Positions 52,408-64,000 of a stretch of DNA of 64,000 bases are shown piece after piece (positions within the stretch are counted from its first letter, which is position 1; every line of letters begins with the position of its first letter). Both the position numbers and the translations under genes were made by a program. The DNA comes from Lingula anatina (lineage: Eukaryota; Animalia; Brachiopoda). The stretch covers positions 71,856,974-71,920,973 of the forward strand of contig CM120640.1 of the NCBI GenBank assembly GCA_051362555.1. The letters run 5' to 3'. The notes below the pieces were generated by a model. The model did not search any database. It saw nothing but the letters and a program-made list of their open reading frames with translations, and had not been told where the DNA came from.

Positions 52408-54506
52408 TCAGTTCCACCCCAGTTGCTGTGTTCTTCCGTCAATGGTAAAACAGACAGCTTTCAGTTTATCAAAGAAGAAAATCCCTACAGCAGTTGATAT
52501 GTCGTCTCCATTCGTTTTCAAACATGAACGGAACGCCTCGTCGCAGGTGCAACTCAAACTGGAAACAAAGAAAAATATGTGTGTTTATACCAAACGGGCA
52601 GTTTCCGTATTTTTTTTAATATTTGAAAAATCATGTGCGGATAGGTTCACATCTGGGACTCTGATATAATACAGATAAGGCGCCGTTCCATCACACCTGG
52701 TGAAGTCCCAGCAACAAGATTATCCTTTAGATTAATGTGGTTGTGAACACGAAATATGTGCCTTGTGCAGTCAGACATACAAAACAGACATACAAAGGCG
52801 ACTTTTTGGAGATTCTCGCCAGTCGTCAGGATCGTCTGCTAGAATTTGAAACTGAAGGCAGTTTAATCTCCGTGCGCGAATTAGATTTTTTTTTTTTTTT
52901 TTTGCAACAGTTTTAGAACTTTAAACAGTATCAAAGTAAATCAATGTTATATAATTCTTATCGGTAGCAAATGTTGCTTTATTCTGATTAAAAAATGCTC
53001 CAAAAACACAAGAATGACTAATCATTTAGAAGAAAATTCGAGTTATTATGGAGCTAACTTTTCGTCATAAGCTGCACAGGCCTAACCTACTGACATTGGC
53101 AAATTGATCTAAAAGTTCATTGGCCCGACATCATTTCTCAGCTATTAGCACTTACATGGCATTGAGTCTGAAGTTGAATATCCCATACTTGGATTGGAAA
53201 GCAGGAATATAGTCTGCACAGTTGTCATGGTCCCGACAGCAGATGTCACTAGCTCGGCCAGGACCCGAGGCTAAATCACTGTAGTTCTGGGCCGTACTTC
53301 CATAGCCGCACCACTTCGTACCTGACACATTGAAGGACGTGAAAACACTTAAAGTAAAATTTTTCACCCACCTCAACTTTACACTATCTTTTTATCTCTA
53401 ACCACCCACATGGGAAATGTGAAAATATGTCGACATTCTGATATGATAAATTATCCAAACCGTTTCGTCGTATCAATTTGTCGCTCCAAAATGGGACTTT
53501 TTTATTATACAGTGTTATATGTTTGGTGAAATATGTAATAATAAATGATCGATTTAAACATGCATATACATGTGGACGTACGAAAGCTGAAGGTTGAGTT
53601 ACAGAATATTTCTGTGTGATTATTTATACATGATCACAATAAAGACTTTACAAATGGTACAGCTCTTAAAGGGATAACAACCGTTAGTAAGATATCCAGA
53701 TATATTGTAAACAACTCATAGATTTATTATAAATATCATTTTGCCACCTAAAAAGCGGTTAACACAATTATTCGGAAATTTGTGCTTGCCATCACATCAC
53801 GTGACCTCCATAGATGACTACACTGTGTAATAATCTCTTAAGAGAATACTTTAATAGCACACGCCGATAATGTAACGGCACGGATGCCCGAGAGCAAGAT
53901 TGAAGAAGCTGGCCACATAGGTGAACACTTTTTTTACTAAGTTAATATAGCTGAATCAAGGGTTTATCAGCGGCGACAGTGCCTACCGCTGTGAACGACC
54001 AACGTTGCCCATCCTAATCCCCCTACCATTATCACTGGCGGGGGTTTGCGCACTTGCGCATAAGATGTAGACAGCGCAAGCTACTAAAGTGTAGGTTTTT
54101 AAATGGCTACATGCAGTGTGTTGGCAATAAATCACGAATTGTACTATTTTCCTTTTTTTAAAAAGCTCATATTCAAAACCAACTTGTAATAAGAAGAAAT
54201 ATGACTGTCAACTTGGGGGGGGGGGGGGGAGAGGTAGAAAGACAATTTTCATACAAGGTCAATGTTTTTAATTATATGGAAATAAGCTAATACAGTTGGT
54301 AAGTACTACAAAGTTTGCGGAGGTCTATTGAAAATCATACAATAGATTTTACAGAAATCACACGAACATTCTACTTAACTAGAAAATATGTTTTTGTTAC
54401 CTGGGAAAATGCCAATCCCACTGGAATTAACGTCTCTCTGAACTCGTCCCTCAGACTCACTAACACAGAATGTCGCTAAACATACCAATATTATCAAACG
54501 ATTCAT
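52408..54506 (-). CDS. Secreted group III (bee-venom-type) phospholipase A2, 140-aa precursor
   Basis: Exons 54506-54401, 53321-53156 and 52558-52408 join in frame. Signal peptide MNRLIILVCLATFCVSES and propeptide ending RVQR. Ca loop IFPGTKWCGYG, catalytic DICCRDHDNC, and SCTCDEAFRSCLK. TATA-like sequence near 54575. Confidence 0.92.
52683..52794 (+). mobile_element. Possible 5'-truncated SINE/LINE 3' end
   Basis: Tandem tail CAGACATACAAA x2, flanked by AAGGCG direct repeats. Confidence 0.35.
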
Positions 54507-54904
54507 TGTGAATTCTTTCCAAAGGAATCCAATAGCCAGTTAACAGAGCAAGAGTAATACCAGATTTTGACCTATATATCTATAGCATCTGTTTAAAACC
54601 GAGCGGTTTATCACTTACATGTAGGGTAAGAGATAGAAGAGATAATGATAAAAGCTGCATGTTGTTGTTCGAAGGAGTTGAGCATCTGGAGGCTTTGGTT
54701 TGAGGAAGCGTTCCCATAAACCTATGATACTAGCTGGATCGATCTAACTCTGATGATATATTGGCTAAATTGCATCCATTGTGAGCGGCAAGGGGTAATT
54801 AACAATAGTAAATTGCCCCCTAGTTACTCAAAGGGGCGTGCCAGACAAAAGAGACCGCGACAAGGTTATTTTCAGTTGCACCCGGACTATGCACTATTAC
54901 TAAT

Positions 54905-55121
54905 AGACTGCATTCCCACAGATTTTAGATCGATCTATCCCCGTGGGGAGTCTCACTAGGTTACTGTCAGCTTAGCCGGCTTAAATGTCTGTCCCGCCTA
55001 CTAAAAGCTGTAAGGGTGTAATTAACTTCCGTGCGCGCTCGGCTGACAGCAATTTAGCATGAACCCCCAGGGAGTTAAGTCGATCCAGATGGATCGATCT
55101 AAATCTGTGGGAATGCAGTCT
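54905..55121. mobile_element. 217-bp MITE (Harbinger-like), same family as the telomere-abutting copy
   Basis: TIR AGACTGCATTCCCACAGATTT(T)AGATCGATC. The interior matches 62217-62426. A diverged inverted partial copy lies at ~54734-54850. Confidence 0.85.
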
Positions 55122-55139
55122 TAGACATCATCAATGTAG

Positions 55140-58100
55140 TAGATCAAGATGAAACCTATGAGCTCCCAAATGTCCAAGAATGTGTGCGTCTCACAGGCAG
55201 AGATGGGAAGCCAGGACTTGTCAAAGTCGGTTCGACGCCCAAGAAGACAAAGTAAGCGTGCTTCGCAAAAAAAGAGAACATAAGGAAAAGCTAAGATTCA
55301 AGGTTAAGGAAGATCTGGATTAGTGCAAGCAAGCAAGAGTCATTGTGAACCCGGGTGGCCACAAATATTTCGTTACTAACCATGGCTTGATAAGGAAAAG
55401 TCAGCCGAAATGACCAGACGAGAACAAGAGTCGAGGTCAATTCAACCCAGATCACATCAATGCTGCAAACACAAGTGCCGGTGTGAACGTATTACAGGTC
55501 CGTCAAGAACCGAGACAAGTCAACCACCCAGGGTCATTTATCACTCTATCCCATCCACGCCATATCCAAATGATATATCCTGGACCCGTAGCCTCTTGTG
55601 TTATTAGACCTATGATTAACAACGCTTTTGCGCCCAGGACTCCGGTGCCACAACTTTCTAGAACCCTTCGAGAGGGACTAGCCTCGGAGTGGAACTGCGT
55701 CCGTCCGAGCAATGGATGGTCTCCTCGCCGTAATAACATTAAAATGCTGTGCTGAAATATTAACGGTGGTTTATCTAATAAATTGAAAAATCCTGCTTTT
55801 CTGAACTATACTAAATCATATGATATATTCGGTTTGACAGAATGCTGGTTTGAAAATGAGTCTGAATATGATATCCCTGACCTGACTGTGATTAATAAGT
55901 TTATTGTTGGAAATTTAAATACATACTCTGACCATGCTCTGTTAAATGTAAAACTTCGGGCCTTTTATGTACCTACACATGTTGATTGCGCTACGACTGT
56001 ACGTAGTTAATGATACTAATACATGCCAAATTTAAATGGAATGAAAACCTGTTGACTGAAAGTAAAGCGGCACTTTTAGATAACATTAAGTTACTGGATG
56101 ATTGCATTAGAAATAATAATCTTGCTGAGCAAGCAGGTTTGGAGGATTGCGTTACCTCTTTTGTTAGTGCACTAAAAATATAGGCAAACAGTAAATGCAA
56201 GGAAAATTGCAGCCAAGAGTATACCAAAAGAAAGTTCTCGTAAACCGTGGTTCAACGACCGATGTAAAGTATTGTTTAATAAATATATAAGGGCTCTATA
56301 TGACTTTAATGCCTGTAAATCAGCCGACAACCACTCTCTATTACATGTCTGTAAAAATAAATATAAGAAATATGAATGTGGTTTAAAACGGGATAACTTA
56401 GAATACTTAAAGAAAAATAACCCTCGTGAATTCTACAAGAGATTTTCGAATCGGAAAAACTCAACACCAAACTTATCAATCAATGAATTCTTCCAGTATT
56501 TTAAGAACATGCACAGCGATGGACATGGAGGTGCTACACCTAGTGTTACTTTAGATTACGGAAATGGATCAATTTTTGATGAATTAAATACAGAATTAAC
56601 AGTAGAGGATATCAAAGAATCCTTTAAAACTCTCAAGCGTAGTAAAATTCATGGTAATGATGGTATCTTAAATGAGTACTTTATTGAATTTTCTGAAATA
56701 TTACTGCCCTACCTCCATATTATATTTAATGCAATGTTCGACAAAGGTTATTTCCCTAAGATCCTCTGTTACGCATTGATTGTTCCAATGTTCAAAAAGG
56801 GTGAATACTCTGATCCAAGTAACTATAGAGGTATAAGTTTAATTAGCTGTATGTGTAAACTCTTCACTTCTATTGTAAACGCAAGATTACTGGCATGGTC
56901 AGATAGAAATGAAATTATGAGTGACGCACAGTTTGGTTTCCGTCCTAAACATTGTACCACTGACGCAATTTTTGCAAAAAACACTTTAATTAGCAAAATT
57001 CTGTCCGAAAAGAGGAAACTATACTGTTGCTTCGATGATTATAAACAATGTTTCGATAGTATAGACAGAGCTAAGTTATGGTACAAATTAATCGAAGTTA
57101 GGAATAGGTGGCAAATCTATCAAATCCTTTTACCATAATGTGAAAACGGGCATATTGCTAAATGGAAAAATTTCAGACTTTTTTTAGAATAGTAGAGTTG
57201 TTCTACAGGGAGAGGTGGTGTCTCCTATCCTTTTTTCACTTTATGTTAATGACTGTGACTTAAAATTTTTAAAAAATGGTATGCAACCAGTTGAGATGAA
57301 AGACTTGTCACTTTTTTTTACTCATGTATGCGAATGATTTAGTTTTGTTTGCTGATTCTGCAATAGGATTACAAAACATGTTGAACTCATTAGCAATTAA
57401 GGCTGATAAATGGTCCTTGACTAAATGTAAAAAAAAACAAAGATATTGGTGTTTAGGAAGTGTGGTTGTTTAAAAGTAGGTTATATAAGGGCCAACAACT
57501 TGAAATTGTCGATGAATTTTGCTATTTGGGTATTACTCTCAATTTTAATGGCAAATTCTTCAAAGCCCAAAAATAATTCGCCTTGCAGTGTCGTAAAGCG
57601 ATGTTTAGTCTGTATAGAGAGTGGACTGCTATGAGCCTGAGTCATAGCACTGCTCTTTCATTATTTGATAGTTATATATCTAGCATTGCTAACTATGGAT
57701 GTGAAGTCTGGCGGCACCATCGTGCACCAGACCTCGAAATAGTTCATTTGGACTTTGGGGGATTTATTTTAGGGGTTAAGCGTTCAAATCCAGATGAAAT
57801 TATCTATGCTGAATTTGGAAGGTTTCCTTTGTCGTGTACTAGGAAAACAAGAATAATAAAATATTGGTTGAAACTGAGGAAAACAAATAACTGCATCTTA
57901 CAAGAATGCTTAACCTATCCTATGAATGAAGATCTGAATAAAACACCATGTGGCAACTGGATTTTTAAGGTGCATGACATACTTTTAGAAACAGGCTTCC
58001 ATTAATTTTGGCTGTATCCAAGTTATTAAAATGAAAAGTTTATCATCTACCATGTTTAACCAAAATTAATGGATGTCCAACAGCAAGTTATATTTTCAGA

Positions 58101-58560
58101 CATAAACGGATCTCGGAAATGCTGGCTATATAGACACCTCATTGTTACTATGCAATCTTACCTTACGAAGCCAATTTCAGCTCAAAATAAAAAATAATTA
58201 GTAAAATTAACACTTTCTTCGCACAAATTAGCAATAGAAACAGGTAGATATAGAAAAATCTCATTAGAACAAAGAAAGTGCTCACATTGTAATGAGATTG
58301 AAGACGAGTTCCACTTCGTCCTTGGGTGTTCTCGCTATATTAGTATCAGGAATAAGTTTATTAAGCCTTATTTTTGTAGAAAACTTTTGTCTTCAAACTT
58401 GTTCTCCTGCTGAATACTTCCAGTAAAAAGGAATTATGTAATTTAGCACGATACATTAAACAGGCGGGAAGTATCCAGCAGGGGTCAGATCTGCTATATA
58501 TATGTGATTCTATGTATGAGACTGATGGAATATATAATTCCAAAGTAAATAAACTATATG
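55140..58560 (+). pseudogene. Decayed RTE-X-like non-LTR retrotransposon
   Basis: EN start (NINGGL..DIFGLTECW) is internally deleted. RT motifs NYRGISL, QFGFR, LQGEVVSPILF and YAND. C-terminal HKLAIETGRY..CSHC..IEDEFHF. Many stops and frameshifts; AATAAA near 58548. Boundaries are approximate. Confidence 0.85.
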
Positions 58561-59905
58561 TATACTCCGCAAGGTGTCGCCTGTGGAGGTCGAGCAGCAC
58601 AGCCATGTTAACCATACGATTAACAGTGGCGAAGGTGGCAGGTACTTCCAAACATTTTTCACAACTGTGATTATATTCTAGAACATTTGGTGTATGTTTT
58701 CACTGTTCTAATGTTGCTGTGCAATGAATGTACACTGTAAGTTTGCCTGATAAAATGGTATTTTACTTAAAATACGTTCCATGTACATATATGAGATTAG
58801 CGTCACGGTTAGATAAAATCGAAAAAAATCGAGATAGTTTAAGGTACTGGTATATGCCATGCGAATTTAGCTGTCAAACTTTTTTTCAGTCAGTTGGTCC
58901 TAAACAATGTGTAAAGCAAGACGGAGGAATATCCGGGACGGAGGAATGGCGATCGAGAATTTTACTTACGTGGCGTCAAAGATTTTCCACAAGGTTTTTT
59001 GGATTACATATACGTGTCAAAAAATGAAGATAATATTTTCACTGTTTATAACCAGTCATTTGGATCCATTCAAACGTTTCTTCTGCCTTAAATCACAGAT
59101 ATACTACGGACAAGAACTCTTCCTGTTTCACCTAATTCAAAGCTTGTTTTTAGCTCAGTTTGTATACATATATAAAATGCAATTGGAAGACAAAAACGGC
59201 TTCAACTGGATAAATCTTATGATTGTTTTTACCACAATACACACTGTAAAATCGGAAATAAAGTACTCGAAAAAAAAAGCGCTTTATTCCTAATACTATA
59301 TCTGAGTTTATATTATAGATATTTTATGTTCGCTTCAGTGTAACGAATTAGATATAACGTGAAGAGAATTTTTATTCATATTGATCTCTAATCAACTCGT
59401 ATGATATGGATTGATTATCACAGTCAAATAAATCTTGTAAAATATGAAATCCTTTCTCATATAATAATTTATAAAATACAGACTGATATACCGATCATAA
59501 GAGGATGGTACCAAAGTGGACCCTTTGGTATGTTATTGTTTCCTTTTACTGGCAATTGTGAAGAAAATTCAGAAGTCTAGTAGTATTTTCTTCCCAAAAA
59601 TCTCTGGTGCTTTCTCCCAACTTTTTTTTAATAATCGGGTCAGAAGTGACAAAGACCAGTGAGATTACATCGAGTGATTTCCGAAAATAGTCTAGCATAT
59701 TAACTACTATCAAGAAGTTTACGTATCCATTTTAGTTTCAATGTTTTAATGAACGAATCTAAATGTACCATACGGTACCCCCCACTTTCATAGTCTTGAA
59801 TATTTTTTTTTGCTATCATATCCTTCTTCCCATACCATGTAAACTAAAAAAAAAAATCTTTTCTATCTCCATTTCTAGCCATTTAAACAAATGAGTTTAC
59901 TTTAA

Positions 59906-60938
59906 CCCTCAAGTGACCGAGTGGGGTCATTTACGACCCCAGCCATATGATTTAATGTGCCATCTCTTTATTTTTTATTCGATTTTTCTTTCCTTGCATG
60001 AGTTTGTCAGTCTACAAATCCTACACACTTTCACAGTTTTTTGTAGGGATCAACCAATTAGTGTGGCGAATACATCACAAACTCTTGTGGGGTCATTTAT
60101 GACCCCAAAGAGAGGTATTGGTTTTTAAATATTAGTTTTTAAATTTTATTCAAATGTTTTGCCCATGCAACACTGACAGGAAAATGTCACATGCATGTGC
60201 TCCATGCAACCAGCCAGTGTGCTCAAAACATAGGCATAAATAAGTGGTTTGTAAAGATTGTGCTTGAAGTGTTACTAATAGTGCATCGCTGAATCTAATT
60301 TCAGTAGCTTCGTTGGAACGTGTTCTCATAACTGGGTCTCTCATTTTGGCGGTTACAAATTTCGGGTATGTCGGAAATCTAAACAATTATGTCGATATCA
60401 CATTATACATATATTGACAAATTGTTTGTGTGGATTTTGATTATACACAGATGTGGTAGTAACATATATGTAGGTTGACTGAATGTGTTCTAAGTAGTAT
60501 GACTTCCTTACCAGCATTAGGGTAGTCCCTACTCGGCAAGTCAGCTAATTATTCTTATTGAAGTTAGCAGGATACAATATCAACATAAGTCGAAATATTT
60601 TTACTCAAAGTAATTTTGTAATGTACTTTTTTCATTTAGTGTGGCAAATAAAAAGAGAAATATTTCTGCAAGTGGTAACTGACAAGGACTGTCTAAATAC
60701 CGGTGTAATGTTGTTCTTAAAATCTGTGCTTGGTTATTCCATGCAATAAACGTATTATTACCAAATACTTATTACATTAGATCATTATAAAATACTTGTC
60801 TTAAATCCTGGGAGTAGAATAGGTGTGATAAACCCTCAGCAGCATTTTATAATAAGGATCCCTGTACAGAGCACAATGGGGTCATAGATGACCCCACTTG
60901 GTCATTTCAGTCAGTAAAATAGCTTGGTCTCTTGAGGG
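59906..60938 (+). mobile_element. Non-autonomous piggyBac deletion derivative, 1033 bp
   Basis: TTAA TSDs. TIR CCCTCAAGTGACC...GGTCTCTTGAGGG. Three GGGGTC..GACCCC palindromes. Remnant Cys-rich domain CPCNTDRK..CAPC..VCSKH..CKDC at ~60151-60267. Confidence 0.9.
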
Positions 60939-62216
60939 TTAAGACACACGCACCCTTTCTTTAAAGTTCAATAAGTCAGAGTTCCCACAATTATTGTTCT
61001 GAAAAATACAATTTAGGTATTTGAACCACGGCTAGCCCGAACAAAAGACTCGGTCGTGCTGTATTCGACATACAAACACGTCATGTACGAGTGCGTTCCA
61101 CGCTCTGTTGCACTCACGTTACTCACTAGCTAATAAGGGCCCAGTATCTGTATGTCGGGTCCTAGCGCCCACCACGGATCAGACAACAGTTAAAACAAGT
61201 CGTTTCTCAAACTTTTAATATCATGAAACAGCATTTACCCAAAAACTGAAAATTCGCGTTCTCGAATTTGAACGCCAAGTTACTCCCAACACACAATGTG
61301 AAAACTAAAGTTTTATCTACACTTCCAAAGTATAATGTATTTCCTGCAATACTCATAATGCACAGTCAAGTAAGCATTATGAATAGCGTTCATGAAGTGG
61401 ACCAAATCAAATAGACAGTAACTAAAGGAATACTTGTATTGGGTTAGGTTTTACGAATCAATTGAATTTTGTCTTTATTTTTAAAACTCCACTGCACCCT
61501 ATTGCATTGTAGTACTGCTTGTCATTAAAAACGTACAGAACCACCTTACAATTAAAAAACTACCTTACAATATTCCTTACAAATAAAACAATAGTCCTTA
61601 TAAGATAAATACAGGAGATTAAAGATAAAACTTACATAATTAGACGAAAGAAAACCACTGCTACACCCTCACTGGTCAGAGTCTGGTCTGAGAGTGGTCT
61701 GAGTGTGTCTTTGGTCTGAGTGAAGATGAATGTGACACAGAATCACATGAGTGAGCATATTCAGTTGTTACACCTGAGTGGCATAGTGAGCAGTGATCAG
61801 ATTTGTGAGCTTATTTATTCCAGCACGTCGGTTGTTCACTTCGCAAAAATGCAGTAATCATTTATCTCTGCAGCACTAAACTAATTACATAACTTCAAAA
61901 ACTAATTATATTGTAAACAAATAAAGATAAATTTTTAACACCACATTTCTTTTGAAATCTTAAATTATGAAGTATGTTCATACTGTAATTATACTTGAAC
62001 TAGTAAAGAAAGCAGAATTATATAACATCATCAGTGACATACAAGTATGATCTATACACAATGCTTCACTAGTAGTTTAGAACAATTATATATCATTAAT
62101 AGGCATTAATAAACCCAATTTTCCGACACATATTTATTCCTTAATTTCTTTGATTTTAGTCCCCCTCCCATTTTGAGAAATGTAAACAGTAGGTGTACCA
62201 TCATCACAAAACCCTT

Positions 62217-62426
62217 AGGGCACATTCTCATAGATTTTAGATCGATCTATCCCCGTGGGGAGTGTCACTAGTCAGATAATCCGGCTTAAATGTCCGTCCC
62301 GCCTACTACGAGCTGTAAGGGGGTAATTAACTTCCATGCACGGTCGGCTGACTGCAATTTAGCGTGAACCCCCAGGGATTTACGTCAATCTAGTAAGATT
62401 GATCTAAATCTCCGGAAATGCCCTCT
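62217..62426. mobile_element. 210-bp MITE directly abutting the telomere array
   Basis: Homologous end to end with 54905-55121. The right TIR ends ...GATCTAAATCTCCGGAAATGCCCTCT and is followed at once by TAGGTTAGGG. Confidence 0.85.
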
Positions 62427-62511
62427 TAGGTTAGGGTTAGGGTTAGGGTTAGGGTGTAGGGTTAGGGTTAGTGTTAGGGTTAGGTGGTTAGAGGTTAGGG
62501 TTAGGGTTAGG

Positions 62512-62552
<41 letters not shown>

Positions 62553-63100
62553 GTTAGGGTTAGGGTAGGGTTAGGGTTAGGTTAGGGTTAGGTTAGGTTT
62601 AGGTGTTAGGGTTAGGGTTAGGGTTAGGGGTTAGGGTTAGGGTTAGGGTTAGGGTTAGGGTTAGGTTAGGGTTTAGGGTTAGGGTTAGGTTAGGGTTTAG
62701 GGTAGGGTTAGGTTAGGGTTAGGTTAGGTTAGGGTTAGGGTTAGGTTAGGGTTAGGGTTAGTGTTAGGGTTAGGGTTAGGGTTAGGGTTAGGGTTAGGGT
62801 TAGGGTAGGTTGAGGGTTAGGGTTAGGGTTAGGTTAGGGTTAGGGTTAGGGTTAGGGTAGGGTTTAGGGTTAGGGTTAGGGTTAGGGTTAGGTGTTAGGT
62901 TAGGGTTAGGTTAGGGTAGGGTAGGTTAGGGTTAGGTTAGGGTTAGTTAGGGGTAGGGTTAGGGTTAGGGTTAGGGTTAGGTGTTAGGGTTAGGGTTAGG
63001 GTTAGGGTTAGGGTTAGGTTAGTTAGGGTTAGGTTTAGGGTTAGGGTTAGGGGTTAGGTTAGGTTTAGGGTTTAGGTTAGGGTTAGGTTAGGTTAGGGTT
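62426..63100 (+). repeat. Telomeric (TTAGGG)n array, G-strand oriented toward the window end
   Basis: About 110 units with indel-like noise. The orientation fits a right chromosome end. Confidence 0.93.
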
Positions 63101-63429
63101 AACTGTATAAGGTTTAAGTTTTATCTTTAACTGTTAACTGATAGTTTAATTTTAATTGAAGTTAAGGGTAAGTGAAAGGTGATAGGGTTAGTTAATTTAG
63201 ATAACGTTTAGACTTTAATTTAATGTAAATTTAACTTTATATGTTAACTTTTATTGAATTTAATTTAACTGTTAAAAGTTGGTTACTTTAAGTTTAACGT
63301 TAGGATAGTTAATATGGATATGTTAAAGTGACTTTATATATGGTAAAGGTAACGGTTATGTACTAGGTAATAGGTTAAATGTTATGTTAGAACTTTATCG
63401 GGTTACGTGTTAATGTTAAATGTTAATGA

Positions 63430-64000
63430 ATCTGTACGTTAACTTACTTTATAATTTAAACTTTTTAACTTTAACTTTAACTTTAACTTTAAATTTTAAC
63501 TTTAACTTTAACTACTTTACTTATACTTTAAACTTTAACTTTAACTTTAACTTTAACTTTAAATTTAACTTTAACTTTAACTTTAACTTTAACTTTAACT
63601 AATTTAAACTAAATTTAACTTTAACTTTAACTTTAACTTTAACTTTAACTTTAACTTTAACTTTAACTTTAACTTTAACTTTAACTTTAACTTTAACTTT
63701 AACTTTAACTTTAAATTAACTTTAACTTTAACTTTAACTTTAACTTAACTTTAACTTTAAATTTAACTTTAACTTTACTTTAACTTTAACTTTAATTACT
63801 TTAACTTTAAATTTAACTTTAACTTTAACTTTAACTTTAACTTTAACTTTAACTTTAACTTTAATTTAACTTTAACTTAAATTAACTTTAACTTTAACTT
63901 TAACTTAAATTTAACTTTAACTTTAACTTTAACTTTAACTTTAACTTTAACTTTAACTTTAACTTTAACTTTAACTTTAACTTTAACTACATTTAACTTT
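63430..64000. repeat. (AACTTT)n hexamer array after a degenerate transition zone; possibly an artefact
   Basis: Read directly from the sequence. 63100-63430 is a mixture of both motifs. Confidence 0.8.

Noticed and set aside
53666-54102. Possible Kolobok-like element starting TTAA-AGGG
   Set aside because: I found no convincing matching right TIR.
61630-61830. Possible non-coding first exon on the minus strand (gtaagt donor near 61632, TATA-like near 61815)
   Set aside because: Only short motifs support it and no downstream exon could be linked. It needs RNA data.

Overview
This is AT-rich animal genomic DNA, not prokaryotic: it has GT-AG introns and a TTAGGG telomere. The repeat and transposon landscape suggests an invertebrate such as a mollusc, which is an inference. 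The window appears to be the last ~64 kb of a chromosome arm. Host genes reconstructed by hand: the 3' exons of an unidentified very acidic protein (+), VPS37 (ESCRT-I, -), a complete 18-exon acetoacetyl-CoA synthetase AACS (+) sharing a short head-to-head promoter with VPS37, and a compact secreted group III phospholipase A2 (-). Mobile elements: an apparently intact DIRS1 tyrosine-recombinase retrotransposon, a young 5'-truncated L1/Tx1 with TSD, a decayed RTE-X-like LINE, a solo LTR, non-autonomous piggyBac and MULE-like elements, a mariner fossil, and five MITEs with 5-bp TSDs. Most long ORFs in the supplied track are translations of minisatellites. Three observations stand out. (1) Tandem arrays are repeatedly seeded on splice junctions, including a 79-bp unit made of a frame-preserving 60-nt pseudo-exon plus a 19-nt GT..AG spacer. 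(2) The telomere begins exactly at the terminal inverted repeat of a MITE. (3) The TTAGGG array switches to (AACTTT)n. All coordinates were read by eye, and no database search was run.
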